64,000 nt of DNA, from the NCBI GenBank assembly GCA_025055075.1, contig JANWYV010000045.1, positions 22,423 to 86,422 of the forward strand, read 5' to 3'. This document shows, piece after piece, positions 9,124 through 19,062 of this stretch. The notes below the pieces were generated by a model. That model was not told where the DNA came from. It saw only the letters and a program-made list of their open reading frames with translations, and ran no database searches. How positions within the stretch are numbered: position 1 is the stretch's first letter; the number at the start of each line of letters is the position of its first letter. The stretch is from Blastocatellia bacterium. GTDB taxonomy: Bacteria > Acidobacteriota > Blastocatellia > HR10. Position numbers and translations under genes: made by a program.

Positions 9124-10182
9124 ATGAGAATCTGCGAACGCTGTCGGGCTGTGGTCGGTGCTGATTGGCGCTTCTGCCGATATTGCGGGGCTCGTTTAGA
9201 GTCGAGTCCCTCGACGAAGCCGGAGATCGGCGAAGAGCTGGAGACGGCGATCCTCGAGCCGCGCAAGACAGCGCCGGCGTACCTCCCTCCGGAGATCGAG
9301 CGCGTGCCCCTCGACGCGCAGCTCGATCGCCTGGAGAAACCTCGACGCCGATTCCAGTGGTTGGCATTTCTGCTGGTCGGCGTGCTCGCGCTCGGAGCAG
9401 TGAGCAGCGCAGGCGTTTTCCTCTGGCACGAGGTCGTTCGTCACTGGGTGGCGCCGACTCGCTTCTCTGCCCATCAAAGCGCTGAGTTCTCCAGACGCTT
9501 GACGCTCCCCTTCGACAGCGATGTCGCACTCGCGAACACTAATGGGAATGTGACGATCCGGACGTGGGATGAACCGATGGCCTTGATCACGGCGCGAAAG
9601 CGAGGACGGTCGGCCCGCGATCTGGACGACGCGCGCATTGAGATCACCGAGAGGGAGAATGGGCTCCGCATCCAGACCGTCCAACCGGATGGTTCAGAGG
9701 TCGCCGTGGATTATGAGATCACGCTCCCGCGCCGCGTGCGACTCTCCGACGTGCGCGTCATCAACGGTCACATCCGCGTCCGCGATGTCGAGGGATTCGT
9801 CAGAGCGAGGGCGGTCAACGGTCGAATCGAACTGGAGGGGATCGCAGGGGCCGTGGAGGCTGAGACGGTGAACGGAAGGATTGAGGTCGCGCTCGCTCGA
9901 TGCGCGGACGAGCGCGGGACGATATTGCAATCCATCAATGGGCGGCTCACGCTGAGGCTGCCGGAGATTTGCGATGCCCGCCTCGAAGCGGAGACGCTCC
10001 GTGGAGAGATCGTGGCCGACGATGAGCTGGGATTGACGCGCTCGACGGAACGCTCTCTGGGACAGCGCGCGGAAGGGCAACTCGGTCGGGGCGGGCCGTT
10101 GATCCGCGTGCGCGCCGTCAACGGAGCGATCCGCTTGGAGCACCAGATGCGCCCGAGCGCGGAGGAGGGAATGCGACGATGA
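9124..10182 (+). CDS. Zinc-ribbon / single-TM / DUF4097 (beta-helix, putative adhesin or LiaG-like) membrane protein
   Basis: The start is trimmed to ATG 9124, with GGGAGGGGG upstream. It has a C-x2-C-x13-C-x2-C zinc ribbon (CERCRAV...CRYCGARL). It has one TM helix (WLAFLLVGVLALGAVSSAGVFLW). Repeated V-N-G-x-I units are typical of DUF4097. Confidence 0.65.
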   Translation: MRICERCRAVVGADWRFCRYCGARLESSPSTKPEIGEELETAILEPRKTAPAYLPPEIERVPLDAQLDRLEKPRRRFQWLAFLLVGVLALGAVSSAGVFLWHEVVRHWVAPTRFSAHQSAEFSRRLTLPFDSDVALANTNGNVTIRTWDEPMALITARKRGRSARDLDDARIEITERENGLRIQTVQPDGSEVAVDYEITLPRRVRLSDVRVINGHIRVRDVEGFVRARAVNGRIELEGIAGAVEAETVNGRIEVALARCADERGTILQSINGRLTLRLPEICDARLEAETLRGEIVADDELGLTRSTERSLGQRAEGQLGRGGPLIRVRAVNGAIRLEHQMRPSAEEGMRR

Positions 10183-11729
10183 ACCAGGACACGACGATCG
10201 CGTGGAAATATCACGAGGCGACGAAACATTCCTATTGGAGCGTGCGCACGAGCGCGCACTTCTTGGATTGGGAGAACCAGCCGCTCCCGTTCAAGATCTA
10301 TCCGGAGTTGGAGGTGATTCCGTTGCCGCGCGAACTGCCGGAGACGGGCGTCTCGACCTTCACCGCTCTGGGAGAGGAAATCCCGCCGCCGGGCGCTTCG
10401 AAGGATCCGATCGAGATGCGACCGACGCTCGAACAACTCGCCCACATTCTCTTCTATTCGGCGGGCATCACGAAGAAGAAGACGTATCCCGGTGGAGAAT
10501 TCTTCTTTCGCGCGGCCGCGTGCGCCGGAGCACTCTATCCGATCGAGGTCTATGTGGTCTGCGCCGATCTGCCGGACCTTCCCGCCGGCGTGTATCATTT
10601 CAGCCCTGCGGATTTCGGCGTGCGGCGTGTGCGCGAGGGCGATCACCGGTCGTTCCTAGCGGCGGCGGCTGCGCATGAACCTTCGCTTCTGTGGGCTCCG
10701 GTGGTCCTCGTCTACACGGCCATCTCGTGGCGCAGCGCGTGGAAATACCGCGCTCGGGCGTATCGGTATCATTTCTGGGACTGCGGCATGATCTTGGCCA
10801 ACGCGATGGCGGCAGCTACGGCCTGGCGGCTCCCGCACAAGCTCATCGTGGGATTTCAGGACGACTTGGTCAATCATCTCGTGGGCGTAGATGGAGAGCG
10901 CGAGATGAGCCTGGCCCTTCTGACTATAGGACAGACCGCTCACCCCCTCGCGGCGTCGGACCCAATGCCGATGCTGCCGGAGGTGAGGTGGGCCGTCGTT
11001 CCGCTCTCGCGCGAGGAAGTCCCATATCCGCTCATTCACCAGATGCACGCGGCATCACGGCTTCATAGCGCTGCGGACGTTCACGCTTGGCGCGCGCATC
11101 CGCTGCGACGCGGGGATCCCGAACCAGAAGCCGCGCTCTTCCCTCTTGATTCGAGAGCGCCGTTGGCGCCATCCGAGGAATCGTTGGAATCCGTCATCCG
11201 GCGTCGCGCCTCCACGCGGCGCTTCGCCCGCAAGCCGATCTCCCTCTCGGAACTCTCCACGATCCTGGAATATGGGACGAGGAGATTTCCGTGCGATGCC
11301 ATCGAGGATTCGCTCAACGATCTCTACGTGAACGCGCATGCTGTTGAGTCGCTTCCTCCGGGAGCGTATTTCTTCCACCATCGCCGAAAGGCTCTGGAAC
11401 TGCTGAAGTCGGGCGATTTCCGCCGTGACTCTCGTTATCTGTGCTTAGAACAGGACCTCGGAGGAGATGCGAGCGCGACCGTCTTCTTCCTCGCCGATCT
11501 TCGGACGATCCTCGCGCATTATGGAAATCGAGGCTATCGGCTCGCACAATTGGAAGCCGGAATCATCGGTGGGAAGTTTTATCTGACGGCTTACGCGCTG
11601 CGTCGAGGGGCAACGGGTTTGACCTTCTACGACGACGATGTGACGGCGTTCTTCTCACCTCACGCCGAAGGCAAAAGCGCGATCTTCGTGATGGCGCTCG
11701 GAGTGGCCGGTCCTCGTCCTCGATGGTAA
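10179..11729 (+). CDS. SagB/ThcOx-type (nitroreductase-fold, FMN) dehydrogenase family protein
   Basis: 516 aa. The start overlaps the upstream stop (ATGA at 10179-10182). It has the N-terminal YHEATKHS motif. The C-terminal nitroreductase-fold region carries RRRASTRRF. Confidence 0.65.
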   Translation: MNQDTTIAWKYHEATKHSYWSVRTSAHFLDWENQPLPFKIYPELEVIPLPRELPETGVSTFTALGEEIPPPGASKDPIEMRPTLEQLAHILFYSAGITKKKTYPGGEFFFRAAACAGALYPIEVYVVCADLPDLPAGVYHFSPADFGVRRVREGDHRSFLAAAAAHEPSLLWAPVVLVYTAISWRSAWKYRARAYRYHFWDCGMILANAMAAATAWRLPHKLIVGFQDDLVNHLVGVDGEREMSLALLTIGQTAHPLAASDPMPMLPEVRWAVVPLSREEVPYPLIHQMHAASRLHSAADVHAWRAHPLRRGDPEPEAALFPLDSRAPLAPSEESLESVIRRRASTRRFARKPISLSELSTILEYGTRRFPCDAIEDSLNDLYVNAHAVESLPPGAYFFHHRRKALELLKSGDFRRDSRYLCLEQDLGGDASATVFFLADLRTILAHYGNRGYRLAQLEAGIIGGKFYLTAYALRRGATGLTFYDDDVTAFFSPHAEGKSAIFVMALGVAGPRPRW

Positions 11730-11796
11730 GCGTCAGAGCTTGAGCACGGGCGCGGGAGCCGATACATTTGAGTCCTCCGCTGAGGAGGGGTCGGCG

Positions 11797-12702
11797 ATGA
11801 TGGAAGAGTTGATCACAGAACAAGCGAACCCTCGCACGCGGGACATTGACGAGCGGAGCACGATAGAGATCCTCCGCCTCATGAACGAGGAGGACAAGCT
11901 CGTGGCGGAAGCTGTCGGGCGCGAGTTGGAGCGCATCGCGGCGGCTGTGGAGGTGATTGTGGAATGCCTGCGGCGCGGGGGACGCCTCTTCTATGTCGGG
12001 ACAGGGACGAGCGGTCGTCTGGGCGTCCTGGACGCCGTCGAATGCCCACCTACGTTCGGCGTGGCTCCGGAGAAAGTTCAAGCGATTCTCGCCGGAGGTT
12101 ACGACGCTTGCCACCGCGCGGTCGAAGCGGCTGAGGACGACCCGATGGCTGGAGCCGCCGCTATCGCCGAACGGGGAGTGACGGCCGGCGACGTCGTCGT
12201 GGGAGTGACCGCGAGCGGACGCACGCCGTTCACCCTGGGCGCATTGAAGGCTGCGCGTTCTCTGGGAGCGATCACTATTGGCATCGCGTGCAACCCGAAT
12301 CCCGAGATCGCGCGCGTCGCCGATCTGACGATCACGCCCGTTGTCGGTCCCGAGGTGATCGCAGGCTCGACGCGCTTGAAAGCGGGGACGGCCCAGAAGA
12401 TGGTCCTCAACATGCTCAGCACGGCGGCGATGATCAAGCTCGGCTACACTTACGGCAATCTCATGTCGAACCTGCAACTGAAGAACGAGAAGCTCCGGCG
12501 GCGTGCCATCTCGATCCTCCGGCAGGAATTCGCTCTCTCAGAGGAAGAGGCTCGTCGCCGGCTGGAGGAGACCGGATGGGAGCTGAAGACGCTCATCGTG
12601 ATGCTGAAGACGGGTACTGCTTTGGAAGAGGCGCGGCGCGCTCTGGAAGAAAGCGACTTCTCCATCAAGCGAGCGATCGAGAAGCTCACGGCCTCGGCGT
12701 GA
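11797..12702 (+). CDS. murQ: N-acetylmuramic acid 6-phosphate etherase
   Basis: The start is trimmed to ATG 11797, with GGAGG 9 nt upstream. It has a SIS domain (GTGTSGRLG; GVTASGRTP). The N-terminus aligns with canonical MurQ. Confidence 0.85.
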   Translation: MMEELITEQANPRTRDIDERSTIEILRLMNEEDKLVAEAVGRELERIAAAVEVIVECLRRGGRLFYVGTGTSGRLGVLDAVECPPTFGVAPEKVQAILAGGYDACHRAVEAAEDDPMAGAAAIAERGVTAGDVVVGVTASGRTPFTLGALKAARSLGAITIGIACNPNPEIARVADLTITPVVGPEVIAGSTRLKAGTAQKMVLNMLSTAAMIKLGYTYGNLMSNLQLKNEKLRRRAISILRQEFALSEEEARRRLEETGWELKTLIVMLKTGTALEEARRALEESDFSIKRAIEKLTASA

Positions 12703-12728
12703 GAGACGATCGCGGACGACTGCAATGG

Positions 12729-13241
12729 ATGCCTGGCGGCAGCTCACTCAGCTTGGGGCGGGTCCATTGGCGTCGAAAATTCGCACTTTGCCTCATGCTC
12801 CTTCTCGTCTTGGGCGAGGGATGTCGCCGTTCGTCCACGACCGATTCGCAGACGAATCGCCACGAGTCACGGGGAGAGGCGCCCGCCCTCTCCTCCGAGC
12901 GTGAATCGGACGAAGTGCGCCCACCTTCTCCGTTGCCGGAAGGCTTTCCCGCAGATGTGCCGGTCTATCCCGGAGCGATTGTGCTCGTCAGCCGCCGAAC
13001 GGAAACTCAGCTTACGGCGACGTTCGCAACCAGCGATGGGTTGTCGCAAGTGCTCGATTTCTACCGCGCACAGTTGCCCCGAGCAGGATGGACCGTACAG
13101 GAGCGAGAGCAGACCGAGGGGATCGCTTTCGAGGGGCGAAAAGGGACGCGGGCATGCCAGGTGGCATTGACGGAAGATCACGCGCGCACCTACATCGCCT
13201 TCGTCCTCTCGCTCGCACCGAAAGCCGGGATGAAAGAGTAG
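12729..13241 (+). CDS. Small exported/lipoprotein-like hypothetical protein
   Basis: This is the C-terminal 170 codons of track ORF 12288..13241. The N-terminal part overlaps murQ out of frame and is spurious. The signal peptide has a lipobox-like LLVLGEGC. No family was recognised. Confidence 0.5.
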   Translation: MPGGSSLSLGRVHWRRKFALCLMLLLVLGEGCRRSSTTDSQTNRHESRGEAPALSSERESDEVRPPSPLPEGFPADVPVYPGAIVLVSRRTETQLTATFATSDGLSQVLDFYRAQLPRAGWTVQEREQTEGIAFEGRKGTRACQVALTEDHARTYIAFVLSLAPKAGMKE

Positions 13242-13247
13242 GCCCGT

Positions 13248-14456
13248 ATGGCGACGAGCGCTCGCCGAAGATGGTTGACCCGCAGTGTCCTGGCCATTGG
13301 ATTGGCCAGCCTCTTCTCCGACATCAGCCACGAGATGGCGACGACGGTGCTCCCGGCTTTCCTCGCCCTAGAGATTCGCGCGACACCATTGGCGCTTGGG
13401 GCGATCGAGGGAGTCGCCGATGGCTTGGCGAGTTTCTTCAAACTCATCGGGGGATGGTGGACGGATCGAATGGGGCGGCGCAAGCCCGTCGCCATCTCCG
13501 GATATGCCGTGACGACGCTGGCGACGGCCAGTTTCGCGCTCGCTACGAGCTGGCCGATGATCCTCCTCGGACGCGCGCTCGCATGGATGGCGCGCGGCTG
13601 GCGAACCCCGGCACGCAATGCCTTGCTCGCCGACACGGTCCCGCAGGAAGCCTATGGCAATGCCTTCGGCTTCGAGCGGGCAATGGATACGGTCGGGGCC
13701 TTGGTGGCGCCGGTCCTCGCGCTGAGCTTGCTCACAGCAGGAGCGAGCTATCGCCACATCTTCGCCCTCGCCCTCATTCCCGGAACACTGGCCACGCTCG
13801 CCATCGCTCTTTTCGTCTCCGAAGCGAGACGTCCGCCGCAGCCCTCGCGAACCCTCTTCACCGACGTGCGGCACTTGCCGCGTGCGTTCATCCTTTTCCT
13901 TCTCGTCGCCGGCGTGTTCGGACTCGGACAGTTCGCGCCGACGCTTCTCGTGCTCCGCGCGACAGAGTTGACAAAAAGCCCAGAGACGGCCATGGCTCTG
14001 TACACGCTCTTCAACGGGGTGCAGGCCGCTAGTGCCTATGCCTTCGGTGCTTTGGCCCACCGCGTGGGAAGCCTCAATCTGCTGGGCGCGAGTTACTGCG
14101 GCTTCGCCCTAGTCGCGGTGGGATTCGCGTACGCAGACGCGAACATGCCGCTCCTGATCCTGCTATTCGCCCTCGCCGGTTTGGCCGTCGGCGGCATCGA
14201 AGCCATGGAACCGACCGTATCGGCCGAATTGCTACCGCCAACCGTTCGTGGCACCGGATTCGGCGCCCTCGGAGCCGCTAATGGGCTCGGTGACTTGCTT
14301 TCCAGCCTCTCGGTGGGAGCGCTGTGGAACGCTTATGGACCGGGAGCGGGCTTTGGTTTTGCTGCTCTCATGAACGGTGCGAGCGTCGTTCTGCTATTGC
14401 TGTGGCGATCGCGAATAGTTCCTCCGACACGAGAGCCGCTCACGTTCCCTCACTGA
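13248..14456 (+). CDS. MFS transporter
   Basis: 402 aa with about 12 hydrophobic helices. It has the MFS loop-2-like motif GGWWTDRMGRRKP. Confidence 0.75.
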   Translation: MATSARRRWLTRSVLAIGLASLFSDISHEMATTVLPAFLALEIRATPLALGAIEGVADGLASFFKLIGGWWTDRMGRRKPVAISGYAVTTLATASFALATSWPMILLGRALAWMARGWRTPARNALLADTVPQEAYGNAFGFERAMDTVGALVAPVLALSLLTAGASYRHIFALALIPGTLATLAIALFVSEARRPPQPSRTLFTDVRHLPRAFILFLLVAGVFGLGQFAPTLLVLRATELTKSPETAMALYTLFNGVQAASAYAFGALAHRVGSLNLLGASYCGFALVAVGFAYADANMPLLILLFALAGLAVGGIEAMEPTVSAELLPPTVRGTGFGALGAANGLGDLLSSLSVGALWNAYGPGAGFGFAALMNGASVVLLLLWRSRIVPPTREPLTFPH

Positions 14457-15150
14457 GGATCACGCGAGCGGCTTCGCTCAGCGTGCGCACGATGGGACAT
14501 ACGACAGAAGAAGCAGCCTCGGCGAGCTTCCCCGAATAATCCACGAGCACGGGGCGCACACCGGCTGCCAAAGCGCCAAGATAATCGAACACGAGATCAT
14601 CCCCGACGTGCCACGCCCGCGCCGCCTCGACGCCCACTAAGCGCAGTGCATAGGCGAAGATCTCTGGATCGGGCTTCTCGACTCCCGCTCGGTACGACGA
14701 GATCACGCATTCGAAATATTCGCGAATGCCGAGCTGAACGAGAAACGTCTCCAGCGTGTCATCCCAATTCGAGAGGACGCCGAGCCGACATCCGGCGGAA
14801 CGGAAACATTCGAGCGCCTCGATCGTATCCGGAAAGAGCCGAAACCATCGTCCCGAGCGATATTCTTCCCACAGCCGCCAGGCCACGCGTTCGGGATCGC
14901 CGCGAAAGCCCGCTTCCGCAAGCGCCAGGTGTACGAACCGCCACCACCATTGCCGATACGCTTGGAGATCGAGCGAGGTCGGACGCGGTGGATGCATGCG
15001 TTCGAGCGCGCGCCGAACGGCCTCACCGAGCGCACCATGCTCGATCCATTCCCCCTGTTGCGCGCATGCGCGAGCGATGATCTCCTCCAGACGCGGCGTG
15101 TGAATCAATGTCCCACCAGCGTCCAAGAAGACGAAGTCCGGTTTCGCCAT
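14440..15150 (-). CDS. HAD-superfamily hydrolase
   Basis: The start is trimmed to ATG 15150. HAD motif I is FLDAGGT. Motifs III/IV are GVLSNWDD and VGDDLVFD. Confidence 0.7.
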   Translation of the reverse strand: MAKPDFVFLDAGGTLIHTPRLEEIIARACAQQGEWIEHGALGEAVRRALERMHPPRPTSLDLQAYRQWWWRFVHLALAEAGFRGDPERVAWRLWEEYRSGRWFRLFPDTIEALECFRSAGCRLGVLSNWDDTLETFLVQLGIREYFECVISSYRAGVEKPDPEIFAYALRLVGVEAARAWHVGDDLVFDYLGALAAGVRPVLVDYSGKLAEAASSVVCPIVRTLSEAARVILSEGT

Positions 15151-15198
15151 CCCCTCCTCCGTGGCCCCGATCCCCGCGCGCGTCACGTAGTGCTTCGC

Positions 15199-16335
15199 TC
15201 ACCGAGCCGGAACGATGCGCAGCACGCGATCATCACCCGCGCGTGGCAGGCCTCGCCCATCGCGATTGCTCGTCGTCACGTACAAAAATCCGTCGGGGCC
15301 TTGAACGACATCGCGCAATCGCCCGAAATCCCCCACGAAGAGCTTCTCCGCTCGCTCCACACTGCGGAAATCCGGCGCCCGCAGCGTCACCCGCTGCAAG
15401 TGCTGCCCGCGCAATGCGGCGAAGAAGAAGCGCCCGCGCCACTCCTCCGGCAAGCGATCCCCAGCATAGAACGTCGCGCCTGAGGGAGCCCACGTGTCCA
15501 AGCCCGACTCGAAGATGGGGTCAACGAACCGAGGATCCCGAGCCGCGCCGAAGACGTGCGGCCAGCCGTAATTCCGCCCCGGCTCGATCAGATTCACCTC
15601 GTCATGGCAACAGTTGGGCGGTAATCCCGACGGCCCATGCTCCGTACTGAAGAGCGCGCCCGTGAGCGGATGCCAGGCTAAGCCCTGCGGATTCCGATGC
15701 CCGTAGCTCCATACGGGAGAGTTCGGGAACGGATTGTCCGCCGGGATCGAACCGTCGGGATTGAGGCGCAAGATCTTCCCCGCCAAAGATGTCACATCCT
15801 GTGCCGACGACGGCAGATTGGCATCACCCGTCGTAATGTAGAGCTTCCCATCTGGTCCGAACTTAATGCGCCCGCCGTCATGAATCGCGCTCCCCGGGAT
15901 GCGATCCAAGAGAACGACGGGATCAACGCCTCGCCCTCCACGCTCCACGAGCCGCACGACGCGATTCCACAGCCGATTTCCCTCTCGATAGGTGTAGTAA
16001 ACGTAGACGAACCCGTTCTGTGCGAAATTCGGATCGAGGGCGAGTCCGAGCAATCCCCCCTCGCCTTCGTGCGCGACGGGAAGTTGCGCCCACGGCTCCG
16101 CCTGGAGCCCTCCCTCGCGGATCACGCGGATGCGCCCGGGGCGCTCCGTCACGAAGAGGCGCCCATCCGGAGCGAAATCTATGGCCCAAGGCACCTGCAA
16201 TCCCTGCGCGACAACTTCGACCCGAACATCTTGAGGTGGGACGGACTCCCGTTTCAGACACCCAGAGGACGGCGGCAGCAGCACGAGAATGCCCCACATC
16301 ACCACGAACGCGAACCATCTCGCCCAAATCCTCAT
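15199..16335 (-). CDS. PQQ-dependent soluble glucose/sorbosone dehydrogenase family protein
   Basis: The start is ATG 16335. There is an N-terminal signal with a lipobox-like LPPSSGC. It has a six-bladed propeller signature (WAIDFAPDGRLFVTERPGRIRVI; GKILRLNPDGSIPADNPF). Confidence 0.75.
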   Translation of the reverse strand: MRIWARWFAFVVMWGILVLLPPSSGCLKRESVPPQDVRVEVVAQGLQVPWAIDFAPDGRLFVTERPGRIRVIREGGLQAEPWAQLPVAHEGEGGLLGLALDPNFAQNGFVYVYYTYREGNRLWNRVVRLVERGGRGVDPVVLLDRIPGSAIHDGGRIKFGPDGKLYITTGDANLPSSAQDVTSLAGKILRLNPDGSIPADNPFPNSPVWSYGHRNPQGLAWHPLTGALFSTEHGPSGLPPNCCHDEVNLIEPGRNYGWPHVFGAARDPRFVDPIFESGLDTWAPSGATFYAGDRLPEEWRGRFFFAALRGQHLQRVTLRAPDFRSVERAEKLFVGDFGRLRDVVQGPDGFLYVTTSNRDGRGLPRAGDDRVLRIVPAR

Positions 16336-16372
16336 CGCCACCTCCATTCCGACGAAGCGCGCCGGAACGCAC

Positions 16373-17122
16373 TCAGCCGACGACTTCCACCTTCGTCACC
16401 TCGCCAGTGAGAATGATTTCCTGACGGCCATCCTCGGTCTCTACGCGCAACGCGCCTATCGGCGTCAGCCCACAGCTTCGCCCGCGCACGCGCCGCTCGC
16501 CACAGAGCACATTCACGTGCTGACCCCGCACGTAGCTGGAGAGTCGCTCATAGCGTTGAAGGATGCGCGTCTCCCCTTCTGCTTTCCAGATCTCGTACCA
16601 CCGCTGTAGTCGAGCGAAGAACCGCTGTCGAAATCGCTCCACATCGTAGGTCATGCCCGTCTCGCGACGCAACGAGGTCGCCACATCGGCGATCTCTTGG
16701 GGGAAGCTGGCTTGATTGATGTTGACCCCGACGCCGAGAATCACATACTTCACGCGATCGTCCTCGGTCTCCAGCTCCAGGAGAATCCCCGCGACCTTTC
16801 GTCCGCCGATCATCACGTCGTTCGGCCACTTAATGTCCGCCAAGACGCTATACTCCTCGCGCATGGTCTCAGCGAGCGCAACGGCGGCAACGAACCCCAG
16901 CAGCGGGGCGCGCGATGGAGGGACCGGAGGACGCAAGACGATCGAGTGATACAACCCTTCCCCCTTTGGAGAATGCCAACGCCGCGCATATCGTCCCCGC
17001 CCGGCTGTCTGTTCGGCGGCCACAACTGTTGTCCCTTCCTCAGCTCCCGCCTCGGCCAGCTCGCGCGCCACGTCGTTGGTGGATGTGACGGAGTCATACC
17101 GATAGACGGTCTCCCGCAGCAT
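16373..17122 (-). CDS. birA: Biotin--[acetyl-CoA-carboxylase] ligase (group I, no HTH)
   Basis: The start is trimmed to ATG 17122. The track ORF has a 69-codon N-terminal extension that is probably spurious. The catalytic motif is GRGRYARRWHSPKGEGLY. Confidence 0.8.
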   Translation of the reverse strand: MLRETVYRYDSVTSTNDVARELAEAGAEEGTTVVAAEQTAGRGRYARRWHSPKGEGLYHSIVLRPPVPPSRAPLLGFVAAVALAETMREEYSVLADIKWPNDVMIGGRKVAGILLELETEDDRVKYVILGVGVNINQASFPQEIADVATSLRRETGMTYDVERFRQRFFARLQRWYEIWKAEGETRILQRYERLSSYVRGQHVNVLCGERRVRGRSCGLTPIGALRVETEDGRQEIILTGEVTKVEVVG

Positions 17123-17187
17123 ACCCGCAATGCCACACAATACTGCCACCCCGAACTTCGCGTCGTCAAGCGACGTCCCCTCGGGAG

Positions 17188-18183
17188 ATGACGGGGAGTC
17201 GGGATGAAGCCACGATCTTCGCCTTTGAAGCCCGTGGCCGCCCTCGTCTATACTCAAGTAGAGTGCGAACCGAAGTGCGGAAAGAGAAGTGGCAAGAGCA
17301 GGCGTTGAAGCGTTCCCCCCTCTCCTCATCCCGCTATCGCGAGGACGTCCAACGCGTTCTCCGTCGCGTCCTCGTCTTGAACGTGGCCGTCGTCCTGGGG
17401 AAGCTCCTCATCGGCTGGCGCGCGAACTCACTCAGCATCGTGAGCGATGCCGTGCATTCTTCCGTGGACGCGATGAACAACATCGTGGGCTTGATCATCA
17501 TCCGCTACGCGACGGCGGCTCCCGATGCCGGCCATCCCTACGGCCATCGGAAGATCGAATCGCTGGCCGCCTTCGCCCTCGGAGGCGCCCTCCTGGTCAC
17601 CTGCGTCGAGATCATCAGCCGGGCGATAGAGCGTCTACAAGATCCTTCGCGGATTCGCGTCCACATTGAGCCCCTGACCCTCGCGGTTTTGATCGGGACG
17701 ATCGTCGTCAATGTGGCCGTCTTCATCTACGAACGCCGAAAGGGACACGCGCTCGGGAGCCCGTTCCTGCTGGCTGATGCTCTTCATACGCGGAGCGACA
17801 TCCTGGTGAGCGGAGCGCTGCTTGTCGGCCTCATGTTCATCCGATGGAAGATGCCGATCTTGGATCCGCTCTTGGCGCTCGCCATCTCGGCCTTGATTGC
17901 CGCCAGCGGTTGGCAGATCTTCGCCCGCACGGTCCCCATCCTCATTGACGCCGCGCCGGTCTCCGCCGAGCGAGTGGAAGCGATCGTCCGAGGCGTGCCC
18001 GGCGTCAAGCAGGTCCGCGCTATTCGCTCGCGCAGCGATGGGGAACGCATTTTCCTGGACCTCGTGCTCGTGCTCAATCCGGAGGACGTGCGAACGGCCC
18101 ACGAGATCACCGAACGGGTCGAAGAGCGGCTGTGCGAGGCTCTCGGTCCCTGTCAGGTCACGATCCACATGGAGCCTTCATGA
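17188..18183 (+). CDS. Cation diffusion facilitator (CDF) family metal efflux transporter
   Basis: Six TM helices carry metal-site motifs (SIVSDAVHSSVDAMNN; HTRSD). There is a C-terminal cytoplasmic domain. The true start is uncertain. There is no in-frame ATG after 17188, and GTG near 17263 is possible. Confidence 0.7.
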   Translation: MTGSRDEATIFAFEARGRPRLYSSRVRTEVRKEKWQEQALKRSPLSSSRYREDVQRVLRRVLVLNVAVVLGKLLIGWRANSLSIVSDAVHSSVDAMNNIVGLIIIRYATAAPDAGHPYGHRKIESLAAFALGGALLVTCVEIISRAIERLQDPSRIRVHIEPLTLAVLIGTIVVNVAVFIYERRKGHALGSPFLLADALHTRSDILVSGALLVGLMFIRWKMPILDPLLALAISALIAASGWQIFARTVPILIDAAPVSAERVEAIVRGVPGVKQVRAIRSRSDGERIFLDLVLVLNPEDVRTAHEITERVEERLCEALGPCQVTIHMEPS

Positions 18184-19029
18184 CCACGCGGCCGGATCGG
18201 TGCGCGTGAGGAGATAGAAGCCGCGTCCCTCTTCCTCAACGCGGAAGAACTCCTCGGCGATATACCCGACTTCGAATGCCCGGAGGAAGACGCGCTGAAC
18301 GCTCTCCCGCCATCGGCGCGCTGCCTCCAGATTGCGCGCCTTCAGCGCGTTGATGTCCAATGGGATCTCCACCAGAATCGGCTCGCCGCGCGCCAGAGCC
18401 ACGGGCTCTCCCTCTGTGGGGAATTCCGATGTGGCCGAGCGCGGGTTCGCAATCGGCCACTGACGCCACGAAGCCGACGTCCCCTCGCGCGCGCCGCGTT
18501 CTACGCGCTCCAACCTCTCGGCCACGCGCGCGCTCGCAATGGGCCAACTGACCCACAGCCGATCCGTCCCCAACCCTTGATGGAGGAAACTCGAGCTGGC
18601 CTCCCCGTAGAAATCCACCTCGTACCGATCGGCGTAGACGCCGAGCTTGGCGAAGTTGAAATAGGCATTGCGGGCTTGAAGCGGATCGAACGTCCAACTG
18701 ATGCGTCGAATCCCGCATTCCAAAGCGCGCTCGCGCTGCGCCCGCTTGAGGAGGAAACCGATATTCTGCCCTTGGTATTCGGGTCTGACGGCCAACATGT
18801 GCGAATGCACGGTGAGCTGCCCATGCTCCAGACCCAAGAACCCGTAGACGAAACCGATCAAGCGTTCGCCGTCGAAGGCGCCGATGAGGATACCGCCAAC
18901 CTTCTGCGCCGCTCGCAGATGCGAGCTGGGCACGACGTCCAGATCGGCGAATCCCCATACGTCGCGTTGCAACTGCTCGACGGCCCGCAGTTCGGCGATG
19001 CTCTCCAGGTCCCGAATCACGATCGTCAT
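18178..19029 (-). CDS. GNAT-family N-acetyltransferase with C-terminal extension
   Basis: The start is ATG 19029. The GNAT acetyl-CoA motif is HMLAVRPEYQGQNIGFLLKRAQ. An extra C-terminal region of about 130 aa is unassigned. Confidence 0.6.
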   Translation of the reverse strand: MTIVIRDLESIAELRAVEQLQRDVWGFADLDVVPSSHLRAAQKVGGILIGAFDGERLIGFVYGFLGLEHGQLTVHSHMLAVRPEYQGQNIGFLLKRAQRERALECGIRRISWTFDPLQARNAYFNFAKLGVYADRYEVDFYGEASSSFLHQGLGTDRLWVSWPIASARVAERLERVERGAREGTSASWRQWPIANPRSATSEFPTEGEPVALARGEPILVEIPLDINALKARNLEAARRWRESVQRVFLRAFEVGYIAEEFFRVEEEGRGFYLLTRTDPAAWS

Positions 19030-19062
19030 GACCGACGCCACCTCCTCAGGGACGAACGTCTC

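Noticed and set aside
12288-12728. N-terminal 147 codons of track ORF 12288..13241
   Set aside because: This part overlaps murQ in another frame. Only the segment from ATG 12729, which begins a signal peptide, is retained as a gene.
16373-17329. Full 318-aa track ORF as BirA with an N-terminal HTH extension
   Set aside because: The first 69 residues are Ser/Ala/Leu-rich with no HTH pattern and would overlap the divergent promoter region. The conserved BirA catalytic domain starts at M70 (ATG 17122).
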